The position numbers were made by a program, and so were the translations under genes. A DNA stretch of 41,862 nt from a virus: the IMG/VR virus record IMGVR_UViG_3300045988_174050; one strand, 5' to 3'. The notes beneath the pieces are model-generated. The model did not search any database, was not told where the DNA came from, and saw only the letters and a list, made by a program, of their open reading frames with translations. This document shows, in pieces, positions 31,485-41,762 of this stretch (position 1 is its first letter; the number at the start of each line of letters is the position of its first letter).

Positions 31485-32989
31485 AATTTTTCAAACGTGA
31501 ACATCGTATTGCCGTTCACGTATTTAACATGCATGATGTAATGCAAAACGTTTTCGGTGGTCGCGTCGCTTTCAGTGTGGAAAACATATGCCGATTCACC
31601 ACCAGATTTTTTTGCCGACAATGTGCATGACGTGGAAATTTTCAGCGCGATTTCCATTTCAGGATGTTCAATCGACAATTCAGGCAATGTAAACGTCAAA
31701 TTTCCGTCAGAAACATTTGTGGATGTAATTTCGCAAAACTGGCAGAATCCGTTTTCGGTCGATATCGCAACCTCTCCCGGAGTGGATACAGTCTGCTGAA
31801 CAAAATCGTTATCCAACAACCCGATTGATGTACGGAATTCGTCGAGCGCTGAAACAGCGTAGCCGCGCCCGGTCAGCGTGCCCGGCACATATTCAGGCGA
31901 AAACTCATCCGTGCTCATCGCGTAGTTTAAAACATCCAATGACGCGACATAGCATCCGCTGGTAGATTCATAGACGCTGCCCCCGCCGTATGATCCACCG
32001 ATGGCGAAAACCAGTTTTGTGATGTCATTCGCCATTGTCCCGGTTGCATTAACGGAGCCATCCAGCATGATAGTCAGCGCTCCGGATGCTCTGACCAGTC
32101 GAATATGATGCCATACGTTCGCTGTCCACTTCGTCACTGCGTCGCCCGGCGTTTTGTCTCCATCGGCATAGACGTACAAATTGTTATTATTGCTGATCAT
32201 CAATGCGAACGTACTGGACGATGTGGAATTCCCCTCCCGCGTTGAAAAAATCGTTTGCGTCCCGAGAGAATCGGTTTTCAACCATAAATTTATCGTAAAA
32301 TCTCCGGTTCCGAATGCAACAGGCAGCGTTCCGTACAGACACGACTGCCGTTCAAACCTCGCTGATTTACCGCCAGCACCATCCGGAGATTCTCCCGCCA
32401 GAGAAACTGTTCCTATTTTTGATACAGCGACGCTGTTTTCAGAGTGATCATTCAGGTCGTCAACAAACGGAAAACGCAAAACATACGTCTCATCGACTGT
32501 ATCGGTAGCACTGAATATAACCGGGCCACCGAGCAAATTTTCTGCCAGATTTTCCGGGTCAGGCAAAATCCTGTTTGTCGGAATTTCATCTCCAGACGAG
32601 ATCGGCGCCCCGTTGAACGTCAATGCGCCATCCGCCTCGGAAAATTTGTCCAGCGTCGTTTTGTTGCTATGCGTGTGTGAATTAGCCACCGCATTTTCAA
32701 CATCAGTTGAGCTGGCGGTTCCGATGGCGTTCGCCGTTTCCGCGCTGCCAGCGGTAGTCGCATGGGATGCTGTTTCCGCGCTGCCAGCTGTTTCCGCATA
32801 GTCCGCGCTATTAACTACCCCATCATCGTCCGTGTCATATACGGATTTTTTCATATCACCAGAACCACCAGCGGCAATCGGAGTCCATACGCTGCCATTC
32901 GTTGACCATTCCGCCACAGATGTTTCATCATTTATGCGAATCAACGCGAATGCTCCGTTTACCATCCCGCCAACAGTATGCATAGCCAT
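31472..32989 (-). CDS. Tail fiber protein with a LamG/ConA-like domain
   Basis: N-terminal fiber-repeat motifs (DTDDDGVVNSADYAETAGSAETAS; HTHSNKTTLDKFSEADGALTFNG). Central region ...GDFTINLWLKTDS...WHHIRLVRASGALTIMLDG... is LamG-like. Confidence 0.65.
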   Translation of the reverse strand: MAMHTVGGMVNGAFALIRINDETSVAEWSTNGSVWTPIAAGGSGDMKKSVYDTDDDGVVNSADYAETAGSAETASHATTAGSAETANAIGTASSTDVENAVANSHTHSNKTTLDKFSEADGALTFNGAPISSGDEIPTNRILPDPENLAENLLGGPVIFSATDTVDETYVLRFPFVDDLNDHSENSVAVSKIGTVSLAGESPDGAGGKSARFERQSCLYGTLPVAFGTGDFTINLWLKTDSLGTQTIFSTREGNSTSSSTFALMISNNNNLYVYADGDKTPGDAVTKWTANVWHHIRLVRASGALTIMLDGSVNATGTMANDITKLVFAIGGSYGGGSVYESTSGCYVASLDVLNYAMSTDEFSPEYVPGTLTGRGYAVSALDEFRTSIGLLDNDFVQQTVSTPGEVAISTENGFCQFCEITSTNVSDGNLTFTLPELSIEHPEMEIALKISTSCTLSAKKSGGESAYVFHTESDATTENVLHYIMHVKYVNGNTMFTFEKLWAI

Positions 32990-32992
32990 TTG

Positions 32993-33418
32993 TTATTCTC
33001 CCTCGTTAATAGTCGCCATTGCGTTTCGCACATCGTCGAGCGTCAGATTCACCAGCGATAACCATTCGGACACCCGCGCGTCCAGCAGATCGATCATCCC
33101 GCCCGGCGCCGCGTCGCTCGACAACAACGCCAGCCCCGCCAGCGCCGGTTTCAATGCGTCCTGATTCTGCAACACCGCAGCCACCCGTTCCGCCGGAATC
33201 AACGCATACAGCGCCATCACGAATGCCGAAATCGGCACCCATTCCTCCGTCGGCTCCGGTTCCGGCAATTCGATCACGGCCCCATTTACCACATCCAGAC
33301 GCGACAACGGCAAATCACCGGCGTAACCGATGTATCCGTTCGCCTCGAACCACGTGTCGCCCATCGCCGCGCCGTGGTATTCCTCCACTGCATCATTGAT
33401 TTTTCTAATCTGTCGCAT
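32993..33418 (-). CDS. Hypothetical tail protein, 141 aa
   Basis: ORF in the tail module. Confidence 0.4.
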   Translation of the reverse strand: MRQIRKINDAVEEYHGAAMGDTWFEANGYIGYAGDLPLSRLDVVNGAVIELPEPEPTEEWVPISAFVMALYALIPAERVAAVLQNQDALKPALAGLALLSSDAAPGGMIDLLDARVSEWLSLVNLTLDDVRNAMATINEGE

Positions 33419-33436
33419 ATTTTTCTCCTGAATTTT

Positions 33437-34366
33437 TCAGCTCAACGCCGCAATTTCCGCCGCCGTCAGCGCCCGGTCGAATCCGATCAGCGCCCGGATT
33501 TTCGTTCCGGCGGGAATCGTGAAAACCCCGCCCGGCAGCGCCGCTCCATCCAAAAGCCCGCCATCGTCGCCGAACACCAGAAACGTTTCCGGCGTACCGG
33601 TCAACTGCGTTGCAATCGTCGCCGCTTTCGACGTGTCCGCCGCCTCGAATACGCCGCGATCCGTCCGGATGTTGTCGAACGTCAGCAGCCCGACCCGTTC
33701 AGCCTCGGAAATCCCCGGCGTCGTGTCCGGATTGTCCGACGGCCACGGGTTCTGCGTTTCATAGAGTTCTGCGCGCGATGCCGACCACACCGTTTCGCCG
33801 GTGGTCAGATTCAACAATTTTGCGCTCCGCATATTCCCGTCAAAATTCGAAATCGGGTCGAAATCCGAATACCAGACGTCCGTTTGATCGACGGTGGTCG
33901 TGTTGGTTGTTCTGCCGTTTAAAATCAAACTCAGAACTCCGGAAACACGGCGGATCACCACGCTCACCCATTCGCCGATTGCGGAAAACTCAGCAAAATC
34001 AGACTGGAGCGCTCCAGCGTTTTTTTTAGTTCCGGTTTCAGGATTTTGCACCCGCCCTATCGTCAGATACATAAGGGAACCGGTAAACCCGACGTTTACG
34101 CTGCCCTGTGTGTCGCTGTGATAAAAAATGTAGTTTGGATTCTGCAACGCATTGAGTCTATAAATGACCTCGAATTCAAAATCATCGGAACCGATCACAT
34201 TTGAGGCGGCGGAAAATCCCGTCCACGTCCATGACACGTCGCCTGTTTTTTTGAAATTTCGCGGCGTATCCATCCGCAGCGGACTCAACCACATTCCGCC
34301 GTGGTCTGGAACCACCCCCAGAATGCAATCGCTCCGCCGCATCGAATCCAGAATTTTATCCCGCAT
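33437..34366 (-). CDS. Tail/baseplate protein with a jelly-roll (LamG-like) segment
   Basis: ...EWVSVVIRRVSGVLSLILNGR.... Confidence 0.45.
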   Translation of the reverse strand: MRDKILDSMRRSDCILGVVPDHGGMWLSPLRMDTPRNFKKTGDVSWTWTGFSAASNVIGSDDFEFEVIYRLNALQNPNYIFYHSDTQGSVNVGFTGSLMYLTIGRVQNPETGTKKNAGALQSDFAEFSAIGEWVSVVIRRVSGVLSLILNGRTTNTTTVDQTDVWYSDFDPISNFDGNMRSAKLLNLTTGETVWSASRAELYETQNPWPSDNPDTTPGISEAERVGLLTFDNIRTDRGVFEAADTSKAATIATQLTGTPETFLVFGDDGGLLDGAALPGGVFTIPAGTKIRALIGFDRALTAAEIAALS

Positions 34367-36074
34367 TGTACACCACCTCCAGCACCGTCACAATTGCCGT
34401 GATCGTCGAACCGTCCCGCAGCGTGTCGCGTTCGTCCGCCGTCTCTCGGCGCAACGAAAATGATCCATTCGCCCCGTCGGAACCGAGGTCGGCAAATGAA
34501 ATTTCGTTCCATTCCCCGGTCGGACACACCACCGCGTCACGTTCGACACCGCCCAGAATCGGCGTCAAAACGACGTTGCCGGAAAATCCCGCGTTCGCGC
34601 TCTCAATTCTGAATTTGATCGATTGCGCCTGCCAGATGTGGTCGGCCAGCGTCAGAACGGGCGTCGTTTCATCGAGATAAACGCACCGCCCCCAGGTGGA
34701 ATCGGCGACGGTGAACTCCATTACCGGGTTGCGGTCAATAATTGCGCCGTCCCGCCCTTTAATTCCACGCGGTTTCAATACCCATGATGCCACCGGCCAT
34801 CCTCCGGCGAATGTCAATTCATAACCTGAATCTGTCCACCGGCGGCGCAATCGTGAATCTGCCGAGATGTTATACCCGGAGGAATCAATCAAATCGAATT
34901 CGCATTGACCGGAAACCCCCAGATCATCCGATGTCATGACAACGGTTTCGCCGGTTTCTGCGGTTGTTTCAAACGGAATTTCCAGAACATCGGTAATAAT
35001 TGCCCCGTCCGCACCGTTCGCCCCGTCCTGACCTGCTGGCCCCTGCGGTCCGGTTTCGCCCTGTGGCCCCGGTTCTCCCTGCGGCCCGGTTTCGCCCTGT
35101 GGCCCCGGTTCGCCCTGTTCCCCCTGAACCAGTTTTTCAATTGTCCATTGCGCCGATTCAACCGGGTACCGATATCGTTTGTACCTGTCGCTGTCCGTCT
35201 GTTCCGAATGCCATTCTGTAGAACCGTTGACGCTGAATTCAACCTCTGGAGCAACCGAAATCATCGTTATAACGGTTGCTGCAATCTGGTTTTGCGTTGC
35301 GTCGGGGATTTCCCCCTCGACTCCGACGGTTCCGATCGTTTTTACAACACTGAACGTGTCACACAGAAACGCGGTGATAATCTCGTCGGTTGCGTTGTCC
35401 GTTGTTCGGTAAATCAACATCTCCAGACCGGCAACCGGCAAACTGCCGCTGCTGTCGTAATCCGTGTTCGCCCTGATCCTCATCGAGTCCATAACCAGAT
35501 CAAAAACGAATTCGCCTTTTGCTAAATTCGACTGTTCTAAATCCAGAAACGCCTCCGCGTATGGCGACTGGTCGCAATCGATCGTTGCGCCGGAATCATA
35601 CGTTTTGGAAACCTCCCCGGAAACGGTGAACGTCACGTCGGTTCCGGAAATACTGCGCTCAGAATAATACAGCGATTCATATTCTCCGGTTGAATCGAAC
35701 AGCCGGATTGTCCCCTGTTGCGGTATCGTAGAATACGACGCATTTCCAATGACGGCAGAAACGCTCGCCACCTCTCCAGCGCTAACGGTGCCGGAGAGTT
35801 CGCCCTTCAGTTTGTGAATGTAATCATTGTCAACGGTCAGTTTTGCGCCGATGCCGGAAATTTCCGCCCATGATGTGTCGCGCGTCCACGATGAAACGTC
35901 TACGCCCTGTTCACCTGCCATCGGCGTTTCAGTGCACGCAATGATTTTAATCGTTTCCCGGCTGCCAACCGCTCGTTGCGGGTTGTTCCGGCTGAATGGG
36001 TCGCCGTCCGCATCGTACCATTCCGATTTTGTAGTGTTCAAAAAAATTTCCAGCATGCTGTCCTCCGTTTTCAC
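34356..36074 (-). CDS. Tail protein with collagen-like G-X-Y repeats
   Basis: [40 protein letters not shown]. Confidence 0.6.
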   Translation of the reverse strand: MKTEDSMLEIFLNTTKSEWYDADGDPFSRNNPQRAVGSRETIKIIACTETPMAGEQGVDVSSWTRDTSWAEISGIGAKLTVDNDYIHKLKGELSGTVSAGEVASVSAVIGNASYSTIPQQGTIRLFDSTGEYESLYYSERSISGTDVTFTVSGEVSKTYDSGATIDCDQSPYAEAFLDLEQSNLAKGEFVFDLVMDSMRIRANTDYDSSGSLPVAGLEMLIYRTTDNATDEIITAFLCDTFSVVKTIGTVGVEGEIPDATQNQIAATVITMISVAPEVEFSVNGSTEWHSEQTDSDRYKRYRYPVESAQWTIEKLVQGEQGEPGPQGETGPQGEPGPQGETGPQGPAGQDGANGADGAIITDVLEIPFETTAETGETVVMTSDDLGVSGQCEFDLIDSSGYNISADSRLRRRWTDSGYELTFAGGWPVASWVLKPRGIKGRDGAIIDRNPVMEFTVADSTWGRCVYLDETTPVLTLADHIWQAQSIKFRIESANAGFSGNVVLTPILGGVERDAVVCPTGEWNEISFADLGSDGANGSFSLRRETADERDTLRDGSTITAIVTVLEVVYNAG

Positions 36075-36094
36075 AAAATATGGAGATTGTCAAC
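36066..36094 (-). promoter_or_regulatory. Late-operon motif copy #5 (GGTTGACA-N9-TTTTGTGAAAAC) upstream of the collagen-like tail gene
   Basis: Minus strand: ggttgacaatctccatattttgtgaaaac. Confidence 0.4.
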
Positions 36095-36098
36095 CCGT

Positions 36099-37121
36099 TC
36101 AGGTTAAAAACGTGTCCGGTTCGTCGGGTTTGATGTCGTAAAACCCATGCATGATAGCCGGTTCCGCTCCGACAGAATATTCCCTTTTAGCACTACCATA
36201 GCCGTCTTCCGGATATCCAAACAACCTAACTCGAGGTGGAACCCCGACGTTCGGTATCGGCTGAGTAGATGTATATTCTGGAGTTGGGTCATTGATTTCA
36301 ATCGATAGCATACGATAGAATTTATCAATTTCCGGCACGTTTGGAACTCCGGGATATAGGCCTCCGGTGTTTAAAACTAACTCGTCATCATAATCGGCAT
36401 TGCCATTCACAAAATGACCACCATATATGTGTAAAATGCCTTTTGATGTGGGGTTTATTTTTGTTATCACAACCCGTTCAGCCATCCGGCCATAGAATTC
36501 TCTGATTTTTCCAGAGGGGTTTCTATACAGAATTGCACCACTCGAACCGGCATAAGGGCCGGTATGTGGAATTTCAGAAAATTCAGTAGAATTCCAAAGC
36601 TCGAGCAGTTTGCTGTTCAATATATTTTCTGCCTCTTCCCTCGTAACCCCTGGGTCGATATCGGATGAATATGAAACCGCTTTCTCATATAACTCGACAA
36701 GGCCACCCGGGTATGCTGCTTTTATATAGCGCAATAGGCCTGATATTTTTTCCATATGTTCCAGATATCTGGCGTCAAATTTACCCAGAAAATATTTCAG
36801 TTTATCAAGATGGCCGCTTTCAAGCAGCATAGGCTCGTGCAAATATTCGCATATATCCTCATACGTCCAGTAAACGGGATAACCGTTGTTGTCGCTCAGC
36901 ATTGCGTGAATGTCCGGATACAGCGTGTGGTTTATAAATCTCTCTATAAATCTTTCTAAGTAAAAAAAGTAACCATCTCTATATGGCCTCGGATAAACAA
37001 ACGGATGCAGTCCCTCAAAATACCAGTCATCGACGCTCGTTTCTAATACCTTATATCCATGATATAGCCGTTCCTTCCAATTATTACCGTCACGAATTGA
37101 CATGAATTTAAAATTACTCAT
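36099..37121 (-). CDS. Hypothetical protein, 340 aa, lower GC, embedded in the tail module
   Basis: ORF containing a G-S-S-G-A segment (...GPYAGSSGAILY...). No confident family assignment. Confidence 0.45.
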   Translation of the reverse strand: MSNFKFMSIRDGNNWKERLYHGYKVLETSVDDWYFEGLHPFVYPRPYRDGYFFYLERFIERFINHTLYPDIHAMLSDNNGYPVYWTYEDICEYLHEPMLLESGHLDKLKYFLGKFDARYLEHMEKISGLLRYIKAAYPGGLVELYEKAVSYSSDIDPGVTREEAENILNSKLLELWNSTEFSEIPHTGPYAGSSGAILYRNPSGKIREFYGRMAERVVITKINPTSKGILHIYGGHFVNGNADYDDELVLNTGGLYPGVPNVPEIDKFYRMLSIEINDPTPEYTSTQPIPNVGVPPRVRLFGYPEDGYGSAKREYSVGAEPAIMHGFYDIKPDEPDTFLT

Positions 37122-37903
37122 AAATAATAATCATCCCGGAATTTTATCTGACCATCCCGCCATTGCTGGTGAACAATGCCATCAGATCGATACGCGATCA
37201 AATATCTCCCGTAATACTCAACGCCAGACGGCGGCATTTCTCGCAATTGGACGTAATATGTTTCGTTCTGATACCACCCGTACAGGTAAATCCTCCATTC
37301 TGGAGCTGAAACATTCACCGGTGCCACCTCAGACCCGATATCGGCTATCCCCCCGGTTATTCTGAATGTCGCATTCCCCGTTGGGACAACCGCGAAATCG
37401 CCGAGGTATTCGTTTCCCATCTCAACTGAACTTTTCGTATTAACCGATTGCGTGATGTTCTGCATTCCTCTCGGTATTGCCCCGATCAGCAGCAAATCTC
37501 CCAGCCCGTCATCCTCCAGCTCGATTACTGATGAAATAAATTCCGTAGGTTCGTCTGAATCAACATCGTTGAATCTCAGGTATAGGTATGAATCCTGGTT
37601 GCCGTTACCAGTAATGTTAATGGTTTCCGCCGGTATTGAAAATGTTTTGCCATACGCTGAAATTACCCCGGCGAAATGATTCTCATACGGATACGATGCC
37701 GCACCGTTTACGACTCGAATTTTTGCGCTGGTGACGTTTCCTGAATCATCTCGATCGCTCATGTCGATTATTTTAAAATAACCGGTATATTCATCTACAG
37801 CCGCCCCTCCATACGCCCCTTTGCGGTCGGTAAACGTGTTTCGCCCGCTCCGTCTGCGCGATTGCGTGACGGTAAAAATTTGTTTTGTTTCGTTATCAGC
37901 CAT
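37118..37903 (-). CDS. Tail protein, hypothetical
   Basis: 261-aa ORF between the distal tail protein and the AT-rich gene. Confidence 0.45.
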   Translation of the reverse strand: MADNETKQIFTVTQSRRRSGRNTFTDRKGAYGGAAVDEYTGYFKIIDMSDRDDSGNVTSAKIRVVNGAASYPYENHFAGVISAYGKTFSIPAETINITGNGNQDSYLYLRFNDVDSDEPTEFISSVIELEDDGLGDLLLIGAIPRGMQNITQSVNTKSSVEMGNEYLGDFAVVPTGNATFRITGGIADIGSEVAPVNVSAPEWRIYLYGWYQNETYYVQLREMPPSGVEYYGRYLIAYRSDGIVHQQWRDGQIKFRDDYYL

Positions 37904-37905
37904 GA

Positions 37906-38964
37906 TTACGCCCTGTCCCTCGGTAAATCGAACGAATTCCAGCTGGAAATTTTCGCGTCATAAATTTTAATCTGCAAATACGGATAATTTATCGGGTCGG
38001 CGAGAGCCTCCGTGTAGAGCGTTCCGTCAGATCGTAACGGCATCGGCTCGGTAATTTCCTCGTATGGCAACGAATCCCATCGCTGTTGGCGTTCTGACAT
38101 TGAAAACAAATTCGCATACGTATTTTTCGCCTTAATTACGTCATCAATACTGCCGAAAACTGGTCGAACTCGAAAATTAGTTGCATCGTCCGTGCTCGTC
38201 CACGGCGTATAGCTGTAAATGTTTTTCGGAATTTTTACGATGTTCCCGGTGTGATTGCGGAAATAGCACATTGTGCCGACGTTCAATAAATTTCTCGACC
38301 ATCCGTTTTTGTTTATCTGAATCGTCGTCGAAACATCCCAGTATTCGCGTTTTACCCGGTCGCCGGTCGATTCATATTCGATCATCGGAGTTGCCTCCTG
38401 CGGCAGCAGCAACCCGGTCAGCGGCTCTATTTTTATACCGGCGACGGTAACGTTGTTTTTGTTCACCAGCATTTCCGTTGCCCCGTTAAAATCTCTCCCG
38501 CCCTTGACGCAATATGTGAATTTGATTTCCCGGACGTATTTCGTTGTCTCGGCCACAATCTGGCATCCGGCGGTATTCAGGTTGCGAACCTCCCGCCCGT
38601 GCTCATCATATCCGGATGAAAACGCCTCCTGAATGTTCACGAAACTGGAGGTCACGTTCTGCGCCCCGAGATCCCACGGATCGCCCCTGAATTCGCGAAC
38701 CAGTTCCGCCCCGTTCGAATACGACAATGTAGCCGACACCTGAACCTTGCGATTCCTGTTCCCGATTTGATTGATGTTTATTGTATCGAGATAAAACGCC
38801 GTGTTTTCCGGATGCCTCCAGCCGCGTTGCGGCATTTTTGTGCTGGTTGCAATCTCCATCATGGAGTCACCCTCAATGATCATGGTTCTGGTCATTGTAG
38901 CGGCACCACCGGACGAAACATCCAGCTGCGAATCGTCCTGAGCGATAATGTTCACCATATTCAA
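37906..38964 (-). CDS. Distal tail protein (Dit-like by position)
   Basis: 352-aa ORF immediately downstream of the TMP, overlapping it by 4 nt. Confidence 0.45.
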   Translation of the reverse strand: MNMVNIIAQDDSQLDVSSGGAATMTRTMIIEGDSMMEIATSTKMPQRGWRHPENTAFYLDTININQIGNRNRKVQVSATLSYSNGAELVREFRGDPWDLGAQNVTSSFVNIQEAFSSGYDEHGREVRNLNTAGCQIVAETTKYVREIKFTYCVKGGRDFNGATEMLVNKNNVTVAGIKIEPLTGLLLPQEATPMIEYESTGDRVKREYWDVSTTIQINKNGWSRNLLNVGTMCYFRNHTGNIVKIPKNIYSYTPWTSTDDATNFRVRPVFGSIDDVIKAKNTYANLFSMSERQQRWDSLPYEEITEPMPLRSDGTLYTEALADPINYPYLQIKIYDAKISSWNSFDLPRDRA

Positions 38965-40811
38965 TTACCTCCATACGAAACCAGCGGATTTGTCCGAGTC
39001 GGCGAACTCATTTTGTCAATGCCGCGTCTGATTTTTTCCAGAACGTCCAGCTGCCGCTCCTGAATCCTGATTTCAGGCGATTGCGTGAATACACGAGACT
39101 GCAACCTCAGAGCCTCAACGCTGTTTGCCAGAATTTCCGTTTGCGAACGATCCCGGAACGATTTAATATCGTCCGCAATCGATTTCATTGACGCTACAAA
39201 CTGATCATCGCCCCCCTTATTACGAGCGGCCACATCATCTCCAGCGGTCAATCCCCTCCGCGAGTCAATTTCCCGTTGACGCCTCCCGTATGCGTCAATA
39301 ACGCCATCTATCCCCTCGGTGATAGAGGTAAATTCGCCCATCCTGATTCCGTTCTGTGCCAGATATCGCTCTGTATTTTTACCGGCCTCGCCAATTAATT
39401 TCTTGGCTGCACCGAGTCGTTTTTTCTGATATTCATAAAATGCATCGCCAACATCACTGGCGAATCGTTTTGTCCCAGCTCCAAATTCGAACCCCTCCCA
39501 TTGTTTCGCAATTTTTTGTTGCGTTTCATAGCTCGCCTGCAAATATGTGTCAAAAACGCCGCCGACCGCCTCTGAAAATGATTTTTCACCGGTTATCAAA
39601 TCCCAGAAATTTTCACCGAGAGACGCTGCTATCTTCCCGATGTTTTTGATGGACTCCCAAAACGCAACGCCAATGCTCTTCAGAGAGTTAATGACGATTT
39701 TCCACATGTCGCCAAAAATACCCTTCCAGTTACGGAGAAACGAGTCGAGCACCGTTGAGAAAAAATCAAACGTCCCTGTCACATCGACCATTATCAAATT
39801 CCACGTATTGCCCGCAATATTTTTAATATCCTCCCAAACCGCGCCAAAAAACCCCGGTGCGTCACTCCACGCCTGAACCAGCGATTCCCAGACGTATTTC
39901 CCCACGACGGCCACGTTTGAAAATGCGTTTTTCACCACCGTCCAAATCAATTCAAAACCACCCCTCATTATGTTGATGAACGATGCCACGTAATATGACC
40001 ATTCGGCCGAATTTTCTTTGATGTATCCAGTTATGCTTGCGAACGTATCTGCAAATTCGCCCTTGATGTTACCAACCTGAATAACGCTGTTGATAAAACC
40101 GCCGATCGTTGTTTTCAGTTCATCGATCCGGTTTGCCAGTTTACGCGACTGGTTGGCGATTGACTCTTGATTTCTCCAGTAATCACCCAATACATAACCT
40201 TTTTGATCAAACATCTGATACAACGCTGCAAACTGTCTAGCCTGTATATCATTTGATGCTTTTAATGTTGCCCCAAAACGTTCGATATATAAACCTGTAG
40301 ATTTCGCCTGTTTTTCTAATGCCTTAAATTCTTTGGTGTCAGTTTTTATAAAAACTCCAAGAGCTTTAGCAGCTTCAGGTTCACCGAGACTAGCTTTAAC
40401 TAGATTAAACGTAGCGCGTTCCGCACCTTCTGCATAGTTTGAAAATGATGTCAAATCAGAACCAAGCTTACTTACCCATCCTGAAATCATATTGACATAG
40501 TTCTGGTTAATGCCTGTACTACGCATCAAATCACCTGCTTGCGCCATCATCCTGCGTGCAGAAAGTTCAGACTGCCCGTATTTATCTATCAATTCTTGCA
40601 CGTGTTTATTTGCCTCGTTTTGAACACCTGCAAAGACTGTTTCAAATTTTTGTGTTTCTTCCTGAAGATCGGAAAATATTCTGATGCTTTCTGCCCCAAA
40701 CTCAATAGCCTTGCGCCCCAGCATACCGAGCGCGAAACCTAGTTTGTTGATAGAGTTAACCGCACCGGCGGTCTGACATGCGATAATAATCGACGCGGTA
40801 ACATCGTCCAT
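38961..40811 (-). CDS. Tape measure protein
   Basis: 616 aa, helical with W/F-rich repeats, lying between the G/GT chaperone and the distal tail protein. Confidence 0.6.
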   Translation of the reverse strand: MDDVTASIIIACQTAGAVNSINKLGFALGMLGRKAIEFGAESIRIFSDLQEETQKFETVFAGVQNEANKHVQELIDKYGQSELSARRMMAQAGDLMRSTGINQNYVNMISGWVSKLGSDLTSFSNYAEGAERATFNLVKASLGEPEAAKALGVFIKTDTKEFKALEKQAKSTGLYIERFGATLKASNDIQARQFAALYQMFDQKGYVLGDYWRNQESIANQSRKLANRIDELKTTIGGFINSVIQVGNIKGEFADTFASITGYIKENSAEWSYYVASFINIMRGGFELIWTVVKNAFSNVAVVGKYVWESLVQAWSDAPGFFGAVWEDIKNIAGNTWNLIMVDVTGTFDFFSTVLDSFLRNWKGIFGDMWKIVINSLKSIGVAFWESIKNIGKIAASLGENFWDLITGEKSFSEAVGGVFDTYLQASYETQQKIAKQWEGFEFGAGTKRFASDVGDAFYEYQKKRLGAAKKLIGEAGKNTERYLAQNGIRMGEFTSITEGIDGVIDAYGRRQREIDSRRGLTAGDDVAARNKGGDDQFVASMKSIADDIKSFRDRSQTEILANSVEALRLQSRVFTQSPEIRIQERQLDVLEKIRRGIDKMSSPTRTNPLVSYGGN

Positions 40812-40825
40812 AACAAAAACCTCCT

Positions 40826-40853
40826 GTTTTCATCAAAAACCGGAAATGTCAAC
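40826..40853 (-). promoter_or_regulatory. Late-operon motif copy #6 (GGTTGACA-N9-TTTGATGAAAAC) upstream of the TMP
   Basis: Minus strand: ggttgacatttccggtttttgatgaaaac. Confidence 0.4.
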
Positions 40854-40854
40854 C

Positions 40855-40883
40855 TTGAAGAAAAAGAAAATTTGATGTATATT
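40855..40883 (+). promoter_or_regulatory. Near-consensus sigma70 promoter TTGAAG-17-TATATT driving the moron gene
   Basis: ttgaagaaaaagaaaatttgatgtatatt, 30 nt upstream of ATG 40913. Confidence 0.45.
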
Positions 40884-40912
40884 ACAAGTACCTAACAAAG
40901 AAAGGGATAAAA

Positions 40913-41455
40913 ATGGCAAGATTAAAAAAATGCAAATCGTGCGGCAACATGATTGCAAAAGATGCAAAAATTTGCCCGCAATGTGGCGGAAGAGTTAAAA
41001 AATCTCACGGATGCCTGATGATCATTATTCTGATGATTGTTATTTTTGTAGCAGCAAAAATTTCATTACCCAATAGTGATGTTCCATCAACATCCAATAA
41101 CGATGCGCCCAAAACGGAAAATCCTAATTCTCCCGAAAATGCGGACGCTTTTCAGGTTGATTATTTCTCAAATGATGGAGCAATAATTTTTGCTCAAAAT
41201 TTCTTAGAGAAATATGGTGACAATATTAAATATACTACGGCTGCAAAAGTCGGGAAAATTATTACATCAAAGTCAGACAAAAGAACAGACCAAAAAACAG
41301 GAGATTTTTGGTCTGTCTATCAAGAATTTACAGAAAAAAATGCTTTCGGAGTTGATCTTAAGCATTCATACTCTGCTATCATTGAATTCAAATCAGGTGC
41401 GGGGTACAGAATGGTAATGCTGATGATTGATGATGTAGCTGTTTATCCGAAATAG
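40913..41455 (+). CDS. AT-rich moron: a membrane-anchored protein with an N-terminal zinc ribbon, a TM helix and an extracytoplasmic domain
   Basis: MARLKKCKSCGNMIAKDAKICPQCGG..., TM helix LMIIILMIVIFVAAKI. It has its own promoter and terminator, and much lower GC than its surroundings. Confidence 0.55.
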   Translation: MARLKKCKSCGNMIAKDAKICPQCGGRVKKSHGCLMIIILMIVIFVAAKISLPNSDVPSTSNNDAPKTENPNSPENADAFQVDYFSNDGAIIFAQNFLEKYGDNIKYTTAAKVGKIITSKSDKRTDQKTGDFWSVYQEFTEKNAFGVDLKHSYSAIIEFKSGAGYRMVMLMIDDVAVYPK

Positions 41456-41462
41456 CAAAACA

Positions 41463-41491
41463 AGCCCGGTATTACGCCGGGCTGTTTTTTT
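41463..41491 (+). terminator. Intrinsic terminator (agcccgg tattac gccgggct TGTTTTTTT)
   Basis: Directly visible. It overlaps the stop codon of the GT frame on the other strand. Confidence 0.55.
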
Positions 41492-41762
41492 GCCTCTCCT
41501 CCCACTTCCTGCCCATCTCAGCAACCCTTGACGGGAGAAAGTTCATGTCCTTGTCTCCGGTAAAACAACCGGAGAGTCTGGCGAGAAAAAAACGGATATC
41601 GAGCTGCAATTCAACCTCCAGTTGATGAATTTCAGCCCGATTCCGCTTCCAAATCTGGATGAAAATGTTATCAAATTCCGACAGCGGCAGAACCGGTGAT
41701 AAATCGCCGCATTCAGCGCAAACGGCAATCAGCTGTTCTCGGTTTCCGATGTTGCCGGATTC
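41472..41762 (-). CDS. Tail assembly chaperone, 3' portion. The 0-frame stops at 41729-41731, giving a G-like product of about 126 aa. The -1 frame continues to a stop at 41472-41474, giving a GT-like fusion of about 213 aa
   Basis: Continuing the ORF from position 1 across the junction: with 9 A the frame reads ...EIKKKSNPATSETENS* ; with 10 A (the equivalent of a -1 slip) it reads ...EIKKKIESGNIGNREQLIAVCAECGDLSPVLPLSEFDNIFIQIWKRNRAEIHQLEVELQLDIRFFLARLSGCFTGDKDMNFLPSRVAEMGRKWEERQKNSPA*. This is the classic G/GT arrangement upstream of the TMP. Confidence 0.5.
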   Translation of the reverse strand, partial: ESGNIGNREQLIAVCAECGDLSPVLPLSEFDNIFIQIWKRNRAEIHQLEVELQLDIRFFLARLSGCFTGDKDMNFLPSRVAEMGRKWEERQKNSPA

